A DNA stretch of 64,000 nucleotides from a virus, in the IMG/VR virus record IMGVR_UViG_3300045988_085681, positions 1-64,000 of that record, one strand, 5' to 3'. The notes beneath the pieces are model-generated. The model ran no database searches, had not been told where the DNA came from, and saw only the letters and a list, made by a program, of their open reading frames with translations. Both the position numbers and the translations under genes were made by a program. Each line of letters begins with the position of its first letter. Positions within the stretch are counted from its first letter, which is position 1. Below are positions 50,015 to 60,357 of the stretch, one piece after another.

Positions 50015-51432
50015 ATGATTTATTTAGTTACCAAGGTTAAAGCTTTATTCAAATCTTCTAAATATGAATGTATTTCCATAGAAAGAAGTAAGGAAATTAT
50101 TAATTCTATGAAAAAAATTAGAGGATTAGATACTGAAACTATGGGACTAAATCCCCATACTAAAGCATTATTAACAGTTCAGATAGGTACTAAAGAAAAT
50201 CAAGTAGTAATTGATTGTACTACTATAAACATTTGGGAATATAAAGATATATTAGAAGATTCTACTATTCTATATATTTTAGCTAATGCTAAATTTGATA
50301 TTCAATTCTTCTTTAAACATAACATTATATTATCTAAAGTATGGGATGTAATGTTAGCTGAAAAGATTAGATATTTGGGATATCCTAAAGGTAGTTTCCA
50401 TGCTGACTTAAAGACTCTTGAATACAAGTATCTTAATAAATATATGGATAAAACTGTTCGAGGTAAAATTACTAAAGTTGGTCTAACTGAGGAAGTAATA
50501 GTTTATGCAGCTAATGATGTAGTAGATTTGGAAGATTTAATGAATGCCCAAATAAAAGCACTAGAAAAAGAAGATTTGGTAAAGGCAGTACAATTAGAGA
50601 ATAGATTTGTTATCCCATTGGCTTATATGGAATGGTGTGGAGTAAAATTAGACGTAGAAAAATGGAAAGCTAAAATGGTAAAAGATGCTAAACGTTTAAA
50701 GGTTGCTCTAACTAAATTAAATAATTGGGTAGTAAAACACTATGGAAATGATTCTAGATTTACTAAGGTAGATTTACAAGGGGATTTATTTTCAGGATTT
50801 AATACTGACCCACAGTGTACTATAAATTGGAATAGTGCAGCTCAAGTAATTCCATTATTTAAAGCTATTGGAATAAATACTTCTACTGTAGATAGTAAAA
50901 CAAAGAAATTAAAAGATTCTGTAGATGCTAAATTATTAGAGCCTCAAGCTAAGGATTTTGAAATTCTTCCTATTTATCTAGATTATAAGGAAGCTCAAAA
51001 AGTATGTTCTACTTATGGACAGAACTGGTTAGACCAAATAAATTCCGAAACTGGTAGAGTATATACTAAGTTTAATCAGTTAGGTACTAATACTGCTAGA
51101 ATATCTAGTGGTGGAAAAGATAAGAATGCTAAAATAGAATATGTAAATTTTCTTAATCTTCCAGCAGATCCAGAAACTAGAAGTTGTTTTATTGCAGAGA
51201 AAGGTAACTCTTGGATTTCCATAGATTATTCAGGACAAGAGTCCTTTATTATGGCTTCCATTTCTAATGATAAAGCTTTAATACATGAATTAATGGAAGG
51301 AAGTGGGGATTTGCATTCTCTAACTGCTTATATGAGTTATCCTGATCAAATACCAAGAGATACAAAAATAACAGAAATTAAAGAAAAGTATCACCATCTT
51401 AGACAAGAAGCCAAAGGCATAGAATTTGCCAT
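50015..51432 (+). CDS. family A (T7-like) DNA polymerase, exon 1 (3'-5' exo domain, palm motif A, start of motif B)
   Basis: Exo I GLDTETMG; Exo III YAANDV; motif A SIDYSGQESFIMAS; motif B begins RQEAKGIEFAI. The ORF then stops, and the motif continues in exon 2. Confidence 0.7.
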
Positions 51433-52662
51433 TAATCCTTAAATTATTGCAATTTTTATTTTGATATAATTCGCTATAAACTATATTACTATTAATAAAT
51501 ATTTTAGTAATATGGATATAGAAAAAGAATTGAAAATCAAAAACTTGTATGAAAAAGATACAAAGATTAGTGAAATTTTAAAGATTTGTAAATGTAGTAG
51601 TGCTACAGTAAATAAAGTAAGAGAAAAATATAATTTACCGAAAAGAAGGAATTCTCCCTCAAAGATTCCTATAAATGAATCTTTAGTAGTAAAATTATAT
51701 ACCGAAGGAGTAATATTAACTGAAATTACAAAAACTTGTCATTGCAGTACCAACACTGTCTCATCAATACTAGATAAATATAATATTCCTAAGCGTTCTC
51801 AGAGAATAAATAAAAAACCTAATAAGGATTTAAGTAAATTTATGGATTTAACTTCTCCAGAAACTCAATATTGGATAGGATTTATATGTGCAGATGGTAA
51901 TATAAATTATAATCCAGAAAAGAGGGCTTATAAAGTTTCTCTATTTAGTAAGGATGAAGAAGTCATAATTAAATTTATAAAATATTTTGGAGAAAATACA
52001 GTTTGTAGAAGTGACAGACCTACAGGTATAAAAGAAGCTTATATATGCTCTAAAGAACTTTGTGAATATTTTATTAATATATTAAATATTACCCCTAATA
52101 AGTCTCTTACATTAAATCCTAATATTGAGTATACTAACAATTTTATTTTAGGCTATTTTGATGGAGACGGAAGCATTAGAAACAGTTCAGAAAAACAAAT
52201 TAGATACGAGTGTAATATTACTTGTGCTAGTAAAATATTTCTGGATAAAATAAAAACTATACTTGCTAAAAATGGTATTTACTCTATTATTTATCAACAT
52301 ACTGATTGTAATGCTTACAAAATTAGAATAGATAGAAAAAATGAATCTGAAAAATTTTATCATTTTTTATACAAAGATGCAGTAGTTTGTTTATCAAGAA
52401 AATTGAAAAACTTTGTGGCACTCTATGGAAACATAGGGAATGAAAAATTGGGTGAATTGCAGGAACTTAAGGAAAATCTGCAGCCAAGCCAACCTTTAAC
52501 AAAGTTGGAAGGTTCAACGACTAACTCTTGAAACTTCGTAAGAAGAATATAATAGAGACACGAGCGCCCAACACCTAAACTATAAAGTAAGGTGATGAAA
52601 TAGTCTAGCCTATATGGTAACATATAGAGTCTCAGATAAAGAGCTGAGAGTTAATACAAGCG
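51433..52662 (+). other. group I-type intron 1 in the DNA polymerase gene (boundaries approximate)
   Basis: Polymerase motif B is split (FAI | NYGG). Exon 1 would end on U and exon 2 would follow a G. The insert contains a free-standing LAGLIDADG ORF. Confidence 0.55.
51512..52531 (+). CDS. LAGLIDADG homing endonuclease (intron-encoded) with N-terminal HTH repeats
   Basis: Two dodecapeptide motifs, YWIGFICADGNI and LGYFDGDGSI. Duplicated HTH-like N-terminus. Confidence 0.75.
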   Translation: MDIEKELKIKNLYEKDTKISEILKICKCSSATVNKVREKYNLPKRRNSPSKIPINESLVVKLYTEGVILTEITKTCHCSTNTVSSILDKYNIPKRSQRINKKPNKDLSKFMDLTSPETQYWIGFICADGNINYNPEKRAYKVSLFSKDEEVIIKFIKYFGENTVCRSDRPTGIKEAYICSKELCEYFINILNITPNKSLTLNPNIEYTNNFILGYFDGDGSIRNSSEKQIRYECNITCASKIFLDKIKTILAKNGIYSIIYQHTDCNAYKIRIDRKNESEKFYHFLYKDAVVCLSRKLKNFVALYGNIGNEKLGELQELKENLQPSQPLTKLEGSTTNS

Positions 52663-53131
52663 AAATTACGGTGGTGATTTTAACACTATTCATCGAAACA
52701 AAGGTATCTCTATAGAAGAAGCTAAAAAAATATATGAAAATTATATGTCGGGTTTCTCAGGATTAGCTAAGTATCAAGAATATTGTAGAAAAATAGTAAT
52801 GGAAAAAGGCTATATACTTCTAAATCCTATAAGTAAATATAGAGCACATATATATGATTTTGAATCTCTACGTTCAATGCAAGAAAAAATGCAAGATAGG
52901 GAATTTTGGAAGTATTATAGAGAAATGAAGCGAGAATCTCCTAACTGTGATACAGTACAAGAAGTACGAGATTTCTTTAAGAAAAAGGGTGAATGTGAAA
53001 GGAATAGTATAAATTATAGAATACAACATACTGGAGCTTTATGTTATAAAGTAAGTATGATTTATTTCTTTAAATGGATAGTAGAAAATAATCTTTTTAA
53101 TAAGGTTTTAATTACTGTTACCCCCTACGAT
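52663..53131 (+). CDS. family A DNA polymerase, exon 2 (rest of motif B, O-helix region, up to motif C)
   Basis: The open frame begins before the annotated ATG: NYGGDFNTIHRNKGISIEEAKKIY aligns with Pol I IYGMSAFGLARQLNIPRKEAQKYM. RIQHTGALCYKVSMIY aligns with PIQGSAAD. Ends ...VLITVTPYD. Confidence 0.6.
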
Positions 53132-53996
53132 AAATAATCTTGTCGTAGTAAAACGATGTTAATTGCTTGGAACTCCTAAAGATTTAATTACTAAATTATT
53201 GAAATAATAAGCCAGTAAAAATATTAAATATGATTTTACCTCAGTTAAAAGAAATGGACAATAAGCAGCTTTATAATTTTACAAGAGAACAAACTCAAGT
53301 ATTTTTAACAGGATTGCTAGGTGATGGGTGTATATCTACTACAAATAGTGGTAGTTATATTTATACTACAAGTTGTAAACATCTTGAATATTTAGAATTT
53401 AAAAAGAAATTATTAGGTAAAGGAAATATTAAACTTCAAGAAAGAAATGGTTATAGTCAAACTCCTATATATACTATGTATGGGGGAGCTTACCCAGAAT
53501 TATTTGAGTTTAAAGAATTTACTGTTCAAGATGTTATTGAAAACTTAGATTTACTTGGGTTAGCATTATGGTTTTATGATGATGGCAGCCTTCATAAAAG
53601 AGATTTATATTATAATTTAAATACTCAAAAGTTCCCAAAGTATATACAAGAAGGAATTTTTATTCCATGGTTTGATTCCTTGGGCATTAAAGCTAATTTA
53701 AGACACGATATAAAAAGAGGAAAAGAATTGTATTATTTAGGAATTAATAAATATGAAGGAGCTAATATTATTAGTGAAATACTATCACGTTATCCATTAA
53801 ATTGTTACTCTTATAAATTATGGAGTTCAGAGACTATCCTGAAATGGAGTAAGCTGCAAGAGCAGGTGAAAAGCATCGATAAAAATCTTACTAATAGGCA
53901 ATTAGCTTATAAGTGGAGATTTTTATAAGATATAGTCCGAACCTATATGAAAGTATAGGAGAATATATGGAATCGATATATTCGTAACAATATATG
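53132..53996 (+). other. group I-type intron 2 in the DNA polymerase gene (boundaries approximate)
   Basis: Splits the gene at motif C. Contains a second LAGLIDADG ORF. Exon 2 ends on U and exon 3 starts after a G. Confidence 0.5.
53230..53928 (+). CDS. LAGLIDADG homing endonuclease (intron-encoded)
   Basis: Motifs FLTGLLGDGCIS and LALWFYDDGSL. Confidence 0.7.
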   Translation: MILPQLKEMDNKQLYNFTREQTQVFLTGLLGDGCISTTNSGSYIYTTSCKHLEYLEFKKKLLGKGNIKLQERNGYSQTPIYTMYGGAYPELFEFKEFTVQDVIENLDLLGLALWFYDDGSLHKRDLYYNLNTQKFPKYIQEGIFIPWFDSLGIKANLRHDIKRGKELYYLGINKYEGANIISEILSRYPLNCYSYKLWSSETILKWSKLQEQVKSIDKNLTNRQLAYKWRFL

Positions 53997-54158
53997 GAGA
54001 TTAATTGTGAAGCACCTATAGAAATAGCTGAAAAAGTAGCTATTAGACTTCATGCTATTATGGTTAGAGCAGGAGAAATATTTTGTACTAGATGTAAGTT
54101 AGATGCAGATATCTCTAGATGTAAAGATGGGACATTACCTAATTACTGGATTCATTAA
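53997..54158 (+). CDS. family A DNA polymerase, exon 3 (C-terminus)
   Basis: DEINCEAPIEIAEKVAIRLHAIMVRAGEIFCTRCKLDADISRCKDGTLPNYWIH aligns with the T7 DNAP C-terminus DEIQVGCRTEEIAQVVIETAQEAMRWVGDHWNFRCLLDTEGKMGPNWAICH. Confidence 0.6.
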   Translation, partial: EINCEAPIEIAEKVAIRLHAIMVRAGEIFCTRCKLDADISRCKDGTLPNYWIH

Positions 54159-54159
54159 A

Positions 54160-54393
54160 ATGGAAATAACTTACATTGGTAACGACTATTCATTATATAT
54201 CGGCGGCAAAGAATTCGTTGATATAGATTACGACAAACAAAAAGAAATTTGTCATAAATTAGTAGATAAAGTTTCCGAAGGAGTTTTACAAAGATTTATA
54301 GAAATTGCTTGTACCGGAATGGGCGAGTATGAACAATTAGATTATTGTGAAACTCATGGAGAATTTGTTGATAAATACGTAATAAATATATGA
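54160..54393 (+). CDS. hypothetical protein
   Basis: ORF track, trimmed to the internal ATG just after the polymerase stop. Confidence 0.4.
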   Translation: MEITYIGNDYSLYIGGKEFVDIDYDKQKEICHKLVDKVSEGVLQRFIEIACTGMGEYEQLDYCETHGEFVDKYVINI

Positions 54394-54535
54394 CATTTAT
54401 TATAACTAATAAAGATGGTTCTAGAACTCAGTATTCTAACCATTATAACGAAGATAATGAAATTGAAGTAGATGCAGCATGGGATGATGTATATGCAAAA
54501 TTCCCTGAAGCTGATTATATTGAGCAATTTTAATT

Positions 54536-54751
54536 ATGGCTAGTAATTCACCAACGTTGATGCAATCTGAAGAGAGATTTTTAGATAATCTTAATACAGA
54601 TATTCCTTTAAAAGAAGAAGATTATACAATATGTTTTTGTATAAGTAAACAAATTTCTACAACTAATATTGAAGATATTTGTAAATCTTTGCAAAATCAC
54701 TTTTTAAGTGAAGGATGGAGCATTGATGATTTTGATTTAGAAGAAGAATGA
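54536..54751 (+). CDS. hypothetical small protein
   Basis: ORF track. Confidence 0.3.
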   Translation: MASNSPTLMQSEERFLDNLNTDIPLKEEDYTICFCISKQISTTNIEDICKSLQNHFLSEGWSIDDFDLEEE

Positions 54752-54777
54752 GTAAATTAATTATATGTATCCTTTAA

Positions 54778-55395
54778 ATGGTAGATAATTTTAATATATT
54801 TGCTCCTTGGTTTGATAATCTCTCAGACCAAGGAGATTTTTACTTTGTACAAGTAATACAAAGAAAAAAAGAATGCAATATAGGTAGTAATAATAATGTA
54901 ATTAAAGATTATCATTTCTTTGATAAAAAATCTTTTTTAAATAAAAAAGAAGAAATAATTACATTATGTAAAACTTTTAATGCTCGTGCTTATTTTTGGG
55001 TAAATCCTAGAAATTGTAAACAAGTACAATACGAGATAATTAGAGAGGCTCTAGAAGCTATAGAATGTAATTCTAAAAAGTTATTTAAATGTGTTTCTAA
55101 AGCAATAGGTCAAAGAAGAAATACTGATTATAAATCTAAATGGATATTAGATTTTGATACTAAAGATTGGAGTCTTATAAATAAATATTTAGATTTAGTT
55201 AGGGAATGTAGACCTTACACAAATATAATATTATATTATGTTCCTACAGTAAATGGCATTCATGTAATTACTCTGGGATTTGACTTAGGACAATTTAAGC
55301 AGAAGGTAGCTATAGCTAAATTAGATAATATAGATATACACAAAGATAATCCATCAGTACTTTATCATGATGATATTAGGGCTTCTAATAATTGA
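54778..55395 (+). CDS. hypothetical protein
   Basis: ORF track. Confidence 0.45.
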   Translation: MVDNFNIFAPWFDNLSDQGDFYFVQVIQRKKECNIGSNNNVIKDYHFFDKKSFLNKKEEIITLCKTFNARAYFWVNPRNCKQVQYEIIREALEAIECNSKKLFKCVSKAIGQRRNTDYKSKWILDFDTKDWSLINKYLDLVRECRPYTNIILYYVPTVNGIHVITLGFDLGQFKQKVAIAKLDNIDIHKDNPSVLYHDDIRASNN

Positions 55396-55571
55396 TATAA
55401 TTATTGTAACTATCTATGGTATAGCTTTAATAGTTATGTTAATTACAAAAGCTTCTTCAGATGAAATTATAACAGCTACTGCAATATATTGTATAGTAGC
55501 TACTATAGTAAATGGGATAATATATCTATATCCTTAGATAAATTATTTTTATAATTTTAATAATATTTGTT

Positions 55572-55790
55572 ATGTTTTTTAATAAAACTTTTACTGACGA
55601 ACTTTCTAGTATTAAATCTGCTTTTCAGTCTACTCACGATAAAACCGCTTCCCTTATAGAGCGAATGAATACTGAAATCACATCTAAAGAAAATTCTATT
55701 AAAGAGTTACAGTATGAAATTAAAGAAATTGAGAATATCAAAGCTCAGGCAGATAATTTTGTAACTAATCTTAAAAACATTCTTGATTAA
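55572..55790 (+). CDS. hypothetical coiled-coil protein
   Basis: ORF track. Confidence 0.35.
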   Translation: MFFNKTFTDELSSIKSAFQSTHDKTASLIERMNTEITSKENSIKELQYEIKEIENIKAQADNFVTNLKNILD

Positions 55791-56155
55791 TGTATAAAGT
55801 AAAAGAAACTTTTGAATATCTTGTAAACGATCCAAATAACTTTTGCTCAGTACATGATGCCTTAGAAATGGATACAAGTATGCCTTGTCCTTGTTGGGAG
55901 GGAAGTAAAGTTCCTGTAAATGAAAAAGGAGAAGAAGAATCTATCCCATGGGGTAATAGTGAAGTATCTATTACTGATATAGGTAATATTGTAAAAATTG
56001 ATAAGGATACTCTTTTAAAGTTAATTAAGAATTCTGAGAAATTATCAACATTAGAAGAGTGGGGAGTAGATAATTGGGTAAATTATGGTGAAGCCATGCA
56101 ATATTTGGATGATTCACCTGATGAAGTGTTACTTAAACAATATTTAGATGATTGA
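55790..56155 (+). CDS. hypothetical protein
   Basis: ORF track. Confidence 0.4.
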   Translation: MYKVKETFEYLVNDPNNFCSVHDALEMDTSMPCPCWEGSKVPVNEKGEEESIPWGNSEVSITDIGNIVKIDKDTLLKLIKNSEKLSTLEEWGVDNWVNYGEAMQYLDDSPDEVLLKQYLDD

Positions 56156-56663
56156 TTTTGAAACTAAAAAAGTACTGTTCATTGATTTGGACGGTACTTT
56201 AATTAAGACTATTTCAGGTAAAACATTTCCTGAAGACATTACTGATTTTAGAATACAACTTCCTGTATTAGATAAAATAATAGAAAAGATGCCTAATCTT
56301 AATATGTTTTTCATAGTAAGCAATCAAGGAGGTTTAAAGACTACTATTGATAAACGTCTTTTTAACTCTAAAATATCTGCTGTAGGAGATATATGTAGAA
56401 GTTATTTAGGTAGTAGACTTAATAAGCTTCTATTTGTTGATAATTTATATTGTTGTTCTATGGATAAGAATAATACTTATCGAAAACCTAATACTGGAAT
56501 GTTAGAACAATTATATTATCAGTATAAAGTAGAGTCTACAAATGAATGTATTATGATTGGTGATGCTTCTGGTAAACCAGGAGATTTTTCAGATTCTGAT
56601 AAGAGATGTGCTTCAAGATTTTTTATAGATTATATTGACGTTAGAGACTTTTTAGAATTATGA
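56148..56663 (+). CDS. HAD-IIIA family phosphatase (GmhB / polynucleotide 3'-phosphatase-like)
   Basis: Motif I LFIDLDGTLIKT; RKPNTGML resembles the HAD-IIIA motif (RKPxPGM). Confidence 0.55.
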   Translation: MIDFETKKVLFIDLDGTLIKTISGKTFPEDITDFRIQLPVLDKIIEKMPNLNMFFIVSNQGGLKTTIDKRLFNSKISAVGDICRSYLGSRLNKLLFVDNLYCCSMDKNNTYRKPNTGMLEQLYYQYKVESTNECIMIGDASGKPGDFSDSDKRCASRFFIDYIDVRDFLEL

Positions 56664-57034
56664 AATTAAGACTGGACGAATATTATTACATACTTAACAT
56701 AAATTATGGATGGGAAGAAATAGAAGACTATATGCCTGATGATATTGCAGACAAATATCTAGAATTTTGTGAATCCCATAACTCAGATGAAGTATATGAT
56801 TATTTAAAAAGATTATATTCATATATACAGGTAATAAACCTCGAATATACTATTCTTGATATTGATTTAGAGAAAGGTTATATTGAATACAAGGCAATTA
56901 TAAAAGTCAATAATAAGTATTATTCTTTTGATTATTATCAAAGTTCATATTGGGATTTTAAAGACACAGTAGATGAAGACACAGATTTAATAGAAGTATT
57001 TCCAAAAGAAGTAACTACAGTTATATATGTATAA
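56660..57034 (+). CDS. hypothetical protein
   Basis: ORF track. Confidence 0.4.
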   Translation: MKLRLDEYYYILNINYGWEEIEDYMPDDIADKYLEFCESHNSDEVYDYLKRLYSYIQVINLEYTILDIDLEKGYIEYKAIIKVNNKYYSFDYYQSSYWDFKDTVDEDTDLIEVFPKEVTTVIYV

Positions 57035-57055
57035 TTAACTAATAACTATATTAAT

Positions 57056-57364
57056 ATGAATGAATCTTTAAAAAAATATTCTAATATATTTAAACAAATA
57101 AAAGATTGCAAATATCCTGATATTACTATAGAGATTGATGACTATCCACTATATAATAGATCTAATGTTCATATAATTATAAGAGATAAAAATAATCCTT
57201 GGTATAGCAAATATGTAACCTCTTCCCAATACCCTTATTATGAGGCATTATGTGGAGAAGAATTACAAAGATATATAAAAAATGCTAGACAATTTTTTAA
57301 AACAACAAAGAATGAAGAAAATTTTTATTTTTCTAGTAGCTATGGCGTGTTTAACGTCTTGTAA
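57056..57364 (+). CDS. hypothetical protein
   Basis: ORF track. Confidence 0.4.
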   Translation: MNESLKKYSNIFKQIKDCKYPDITIEIDDYPLYNRSNVHIIIRDKNNPWYSKYVTSSQYPYYEALCGEELQRYIKNARQFFKTTKNEENFYFSSSYGVFNVL

Positions 57365-57758
57365 AGAACAGTTTTCTAATGGAGAACGTGTTGGTACTGT
57401 AACTAAATTTAGTAAAGCAGGAGTTTTCTGGGATTCATGGGATGGATTACTTAATGTTACTCAGACTGGTATGAATTCTAGTGGAGAGCCATTTGCTTTT
57501 TCAATGGATAATGATCGTAATGATCAGCAAAAACTTATTGATACATTAGTTAAAGCCCAAGTAGAAGGTTGGAAAATTAAGATTAAATATCATCAAGTTT
57601 GGGGGTGTAAAAATGTATTTAAAAATAGAGGAGAAAGTGATTACTTTGTAGATGATGTAATTATTCTTGATAAGAACTTCTCAAAAATTGGAGATATTGT
57701 AAAGGGAACTAATAAAACAGCTCCTCATGACACATTATATGTAAAAATAGTTAAGTAA
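57312..57758 (+). CDS. putative lipoprotein
   Basis: MKKIFIFLVAMACLTSCKEQ: signal peptide plus lipobox; start moved to the internal ATG. Confidence 0.45.
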   Translation: MKKIFIFLVAMACLTSCKEQFSNGERVGTVTKFSKAGVFWDSWDGLLNVTQTGMNSSGEPFAFSMDNDRNDQQKLIDTLVKAQVEGWKIKIKYHQVWGCKNVFKNRGESDYFVDDVIILDKNFSKIGDIVKGTNKTAPHDTLYVKIVK

Positions 57759-57759
57759 T

Positions 57760-58638
57760 ATGAAGTTAATTAAACAGTCATTTGAATTTATCAATCAAAC
57801 AGATTTCTCTTTAGTGGGAATTAAAAAGCATATTGAAAGATGTGCACGAGTTAGTTATAAAAGCGAAGATAAGATTACAGATACTTCTTATGAGAAGTTT
57901 GTAAATATGCTAGAGTCTAGAGGGCATGATAGACCTCTTGAGTTTGGCACTGTGTATTTATCTAGAACTTCTCAAAAAGAGGATAATATGGAATGGCTTG
58001 ACAAATATGCTTATAATCCTTGGAGTAAATTTAGTTTTGGAAATGGTAGTACTAGAATAAATGGAGAACTTAGAAATACTGTTTATGTGACTACTAATTA
58101 CAGAGTGATTAAAGAGCATCATTGGGAGGATGACTTACAATATCTTTGTGAACCTACAGAGTATCATCATAAGAGATACACAGTTCACATGATTCTTGAT
58201 CGCGGAGTTATGGACGAGTTTAGAACTCATGTAGGATTGTCTCATTTAGCAGAGAGCACGCGATATGTAAACTATTCTAAGAAAAAATTTGGTAGTGAGC
58301 TAACTTTTATTAAGCCATGCTGGTTAGATGATGAAAAACTGAAATTGTATGGACCTTATCATACTGTTATAAGAGATAAATCTCCTGAGAGTATATTTAT
58401 TGCTAATTTAAATAATGTAGAGAGGGATTACTTGGACTTAATTAAACTTGGCTGGACTCCTCAGCAAGCTCGTTCGGTACTTCCTTTGAGTATTAAGTCT
58501 GAACTTATCTCTTGTGGATTTAAAGATTCCTGGGAAAACTTTTTTTACCGTAGAGATGCTCCTGATGCTCATCCTATGGCTCAAGAAATAGCTAAACCAA
58601 TGCACCAAAAATTCATTGAATTAACTGAAATGAAATGA
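57760..58638 (+). CDS. thyX: flavin-dependent thymidylate synthase
   Basis: ThyX signature RTHVGLSHLAESTRY (RHR...S.RY); size fits. Confidence 0.7.
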   Translation: MKLIKQSFEFINQTDFSLVGIKKHIERCARVSYKSEDKITDTSYEKFVNMLESRGHDRPLEFGTVYLSRTSQKEDNMEWLDKYAYNPWSKFSFGNGSTRINGELRNTVYVTTNYRVIKEHHWEDDLQYLCEPTEYHHKRYTVHMILDRGVMDEFRTHVGLSHLAESTRYVNYSKKKFGSELTFIKPCWLDDEKLKLYGPYHTVIRDKSPESIFIANLNNVERDYLDLIKLGWTPQQARSVLPLSIKSELISCGFKDSWENFFYRRDAPDAHPMAQEIAKPMHQKFIELTEMK

Positions 58639-58874
58639 TTACTTTAATTATAATATACATAGCATCAATTATAGGAGCTATATTAAGTATTAGATACGAT
58701 GATGACTTTTTCGACGAAAAGCCTTGGACATTATTTTTAGTATTTTGTCCAGTAGTTAATACAGGTCTATCTATACTAGAATTAATCATCCAACTATCAT
58801 TATTATTGGATATAGTTATACATCTGAATTTAGATAAAAAATTTTATAAATTAATTAGGTTAGGACGAAAATAA
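58635..58874 (+). CDS. small membrane protein
   Basis: Two hydrophobic helices. Confidence 0.35.
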   Translation: MITLIIIYIASIIGAILSIRYDDDFFDEKPWTLFLVFCPVVNTGLSILELIIQLSLLLDIVIHLNLDKKFYKLIRLGRK

Positions 58875-59086
58875 TGAATCAATCAATTCCTATTAGTTTA
58901 TCATGTAAAAGAAAACCTTTTGATGCTATGGATGGATTATTTTCAGATGCATCTTATAATACTATGCCAGAATTCAATGGAGTTACTGCGGTATACTCTA
59001 ATAGAAAGACTAATATAGATATTTTAGGAGCTAATAAAAATAGCTTCGATAAATCTTTAACAATATTTTATATTAATGTACAGTAA
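58874..59086 (+). CDS. hypothetical small protein
   Basis: ORF track. Confidence 0.3.
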   Translation: MNQSIPISLSCKRKPFDAMDGLFSDASYNTMPEFNGVTAVYSNRKTNIDILGANKNSFDKSLTIFYINVQ

Positions 59087-60158
59087 TACAATACAAGCTA
59101 GAATAGAGGCAACATTAAAAGAATTATATAAAGTACATGATACTGTATTTAAACCAGTAGTGATGTATACTATGTATAGTAACATTCGTGCTTATTTTAT
59201 AATATTAGATAAAAATAATAAAGCACAACTTTTAAATGCTTTTGATCCTAGAGTAGTAGAACATGAAGATAAATTAGAATTAGATAGTGTAACTGATAGT
59301 CCTCGTATTTATCAAGAGTACTTCATAAAGGAATTTTCTGATAATGTAGATTATGGAATTTATATTGATGAAGATGAGATAGGTCATTATTTTACAGCAT
59401 ATGGAGAAGTTCAAATATTCAGTACTTATATCCAAGTAAATTATAATGATTATAAACAGGCTGAAAAACTTTTAGAATTTGTAAAACCACTACCTGAGGA
59501 TACTGATAAAATTGTAACTTACGATTTAGTAGTATCTACTAACACAGGATTTAGTACTACAGAATGTACAAGTTCTAGAAATATTGATATTGATGTAAAA
59601 AAGAACTACAATGATGATTTACCTTATGATAAATATAAAGAATTCTGTGAAAAGGATGGTTCTGGTTTAGCTTTAATGTTCGGAATTGCTGGAAGTGGAA
59701 AGACGAGCCTCATAAAAAAGCTTATTTATGATTGTTCTGATACTAATTTTTATATAATGGATTTTTCTATGTTACAAAATATAATTTCAGGACAATTTTT
59801 ATCTTTTCTTTTAGGATTAAAGAATGCTGTAATTATAATGGAAGATTGTGAATATGTATTAAAACGTAGAGATACTCATGAAAATCCGCTGATTAATTCT
59901 CTTCTAAATATTACAGATGGATTAGTTGGGGATGCTTTAAACATACGATTTTTATGTACTTTTAATGCAGCATTAACAGATATAGATGAAGCTTTATTAA
60001 GACCTGGAAGACTCAAAGTAAAATATGAGTTTAAAGCTCTAAATAAAGATAAAACTAAAGCTATATGTGGGGATGATAAAGCTGAAACTTTAGCAGAAAT
60101 TTATAATAGAGATAAAATAGATTTTAATAAAAAGGAACAAAGAAAGATTGGTTTTTAA
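59076..60158 (+). CDS. AAA+ ATPase
   Basis: Walker A LMFGIAGSGKTSLIKKLI; Walker B AVIIMEDCEYV. Confidence 0.55.
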   Translation: MYSNTIQARIEATLKELYKVHDTVFKPVVMYTMYSNIRAYFIILDKNNKAQLLNAFDPRVVEHEDKLELDSVTDSPRIYQEYFIKEFSDNVDYGIYIDEDEIGHYFTAYGEVQIFSTYIQVNYNDYKQAEKLLEFVKPLPEDTDKIVTYDLVVSTNTGFSTTECTSSRNIDIDVKKNYNDDLPYDKYKEFCEKDGSGLALMFGIAGSGKTSLIKKLIYDCSDTNFYIMDFSMLQNIISGQFLSFLLGLKNAVIIMEDCEYVLKRRDTHENPLINSLLNITDGLVGDALNIRFLCTFNAALTDIDEALLRPGRLKVKYEFKALNKDKTKAICGDDKAETLAEIYNRDKIDFNKKEQRKIGF

Positions 60159-60357
60159 ATTATCAGATAAGGAGTGTCAAGCAGCTAAAGAGTTTATAAA
60201 AGAACATAATAAGCAGTGTGACACTCCTTATTCAGGAGCTAATGGTTGTCCAAAATTTAGTTATATATTCTCACCTTTTGGACTAGGTACTTTTGTAGGA
60301 ATAAGATGTAATGTTTGTAAGAATGAAAAGGATATAACTGATATTGATACATGGTAA
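60148..60357 (+). CDS. small Cys-rich protein
   Basis: CDTPYSGANGCPKF...CNVCKNE. Confidence 0.35.
   Translation: MVFKLSDKECQAAKEFIKEHNKQCDTPYSGANGCPKFSYIFSPFGLGTFVGIRCNVCKNEKDITDIDTW

Noticed and set aside
51433-53996. Inteins as the explanation for the LAGLIDADG ORFs in the polymerase
   Set aside because: The endonuclease ORFs have their own starts and stops and are out of frame with the polymerase exons, and the exon ORFs terminate. That fits introns and not in-frame inteins.
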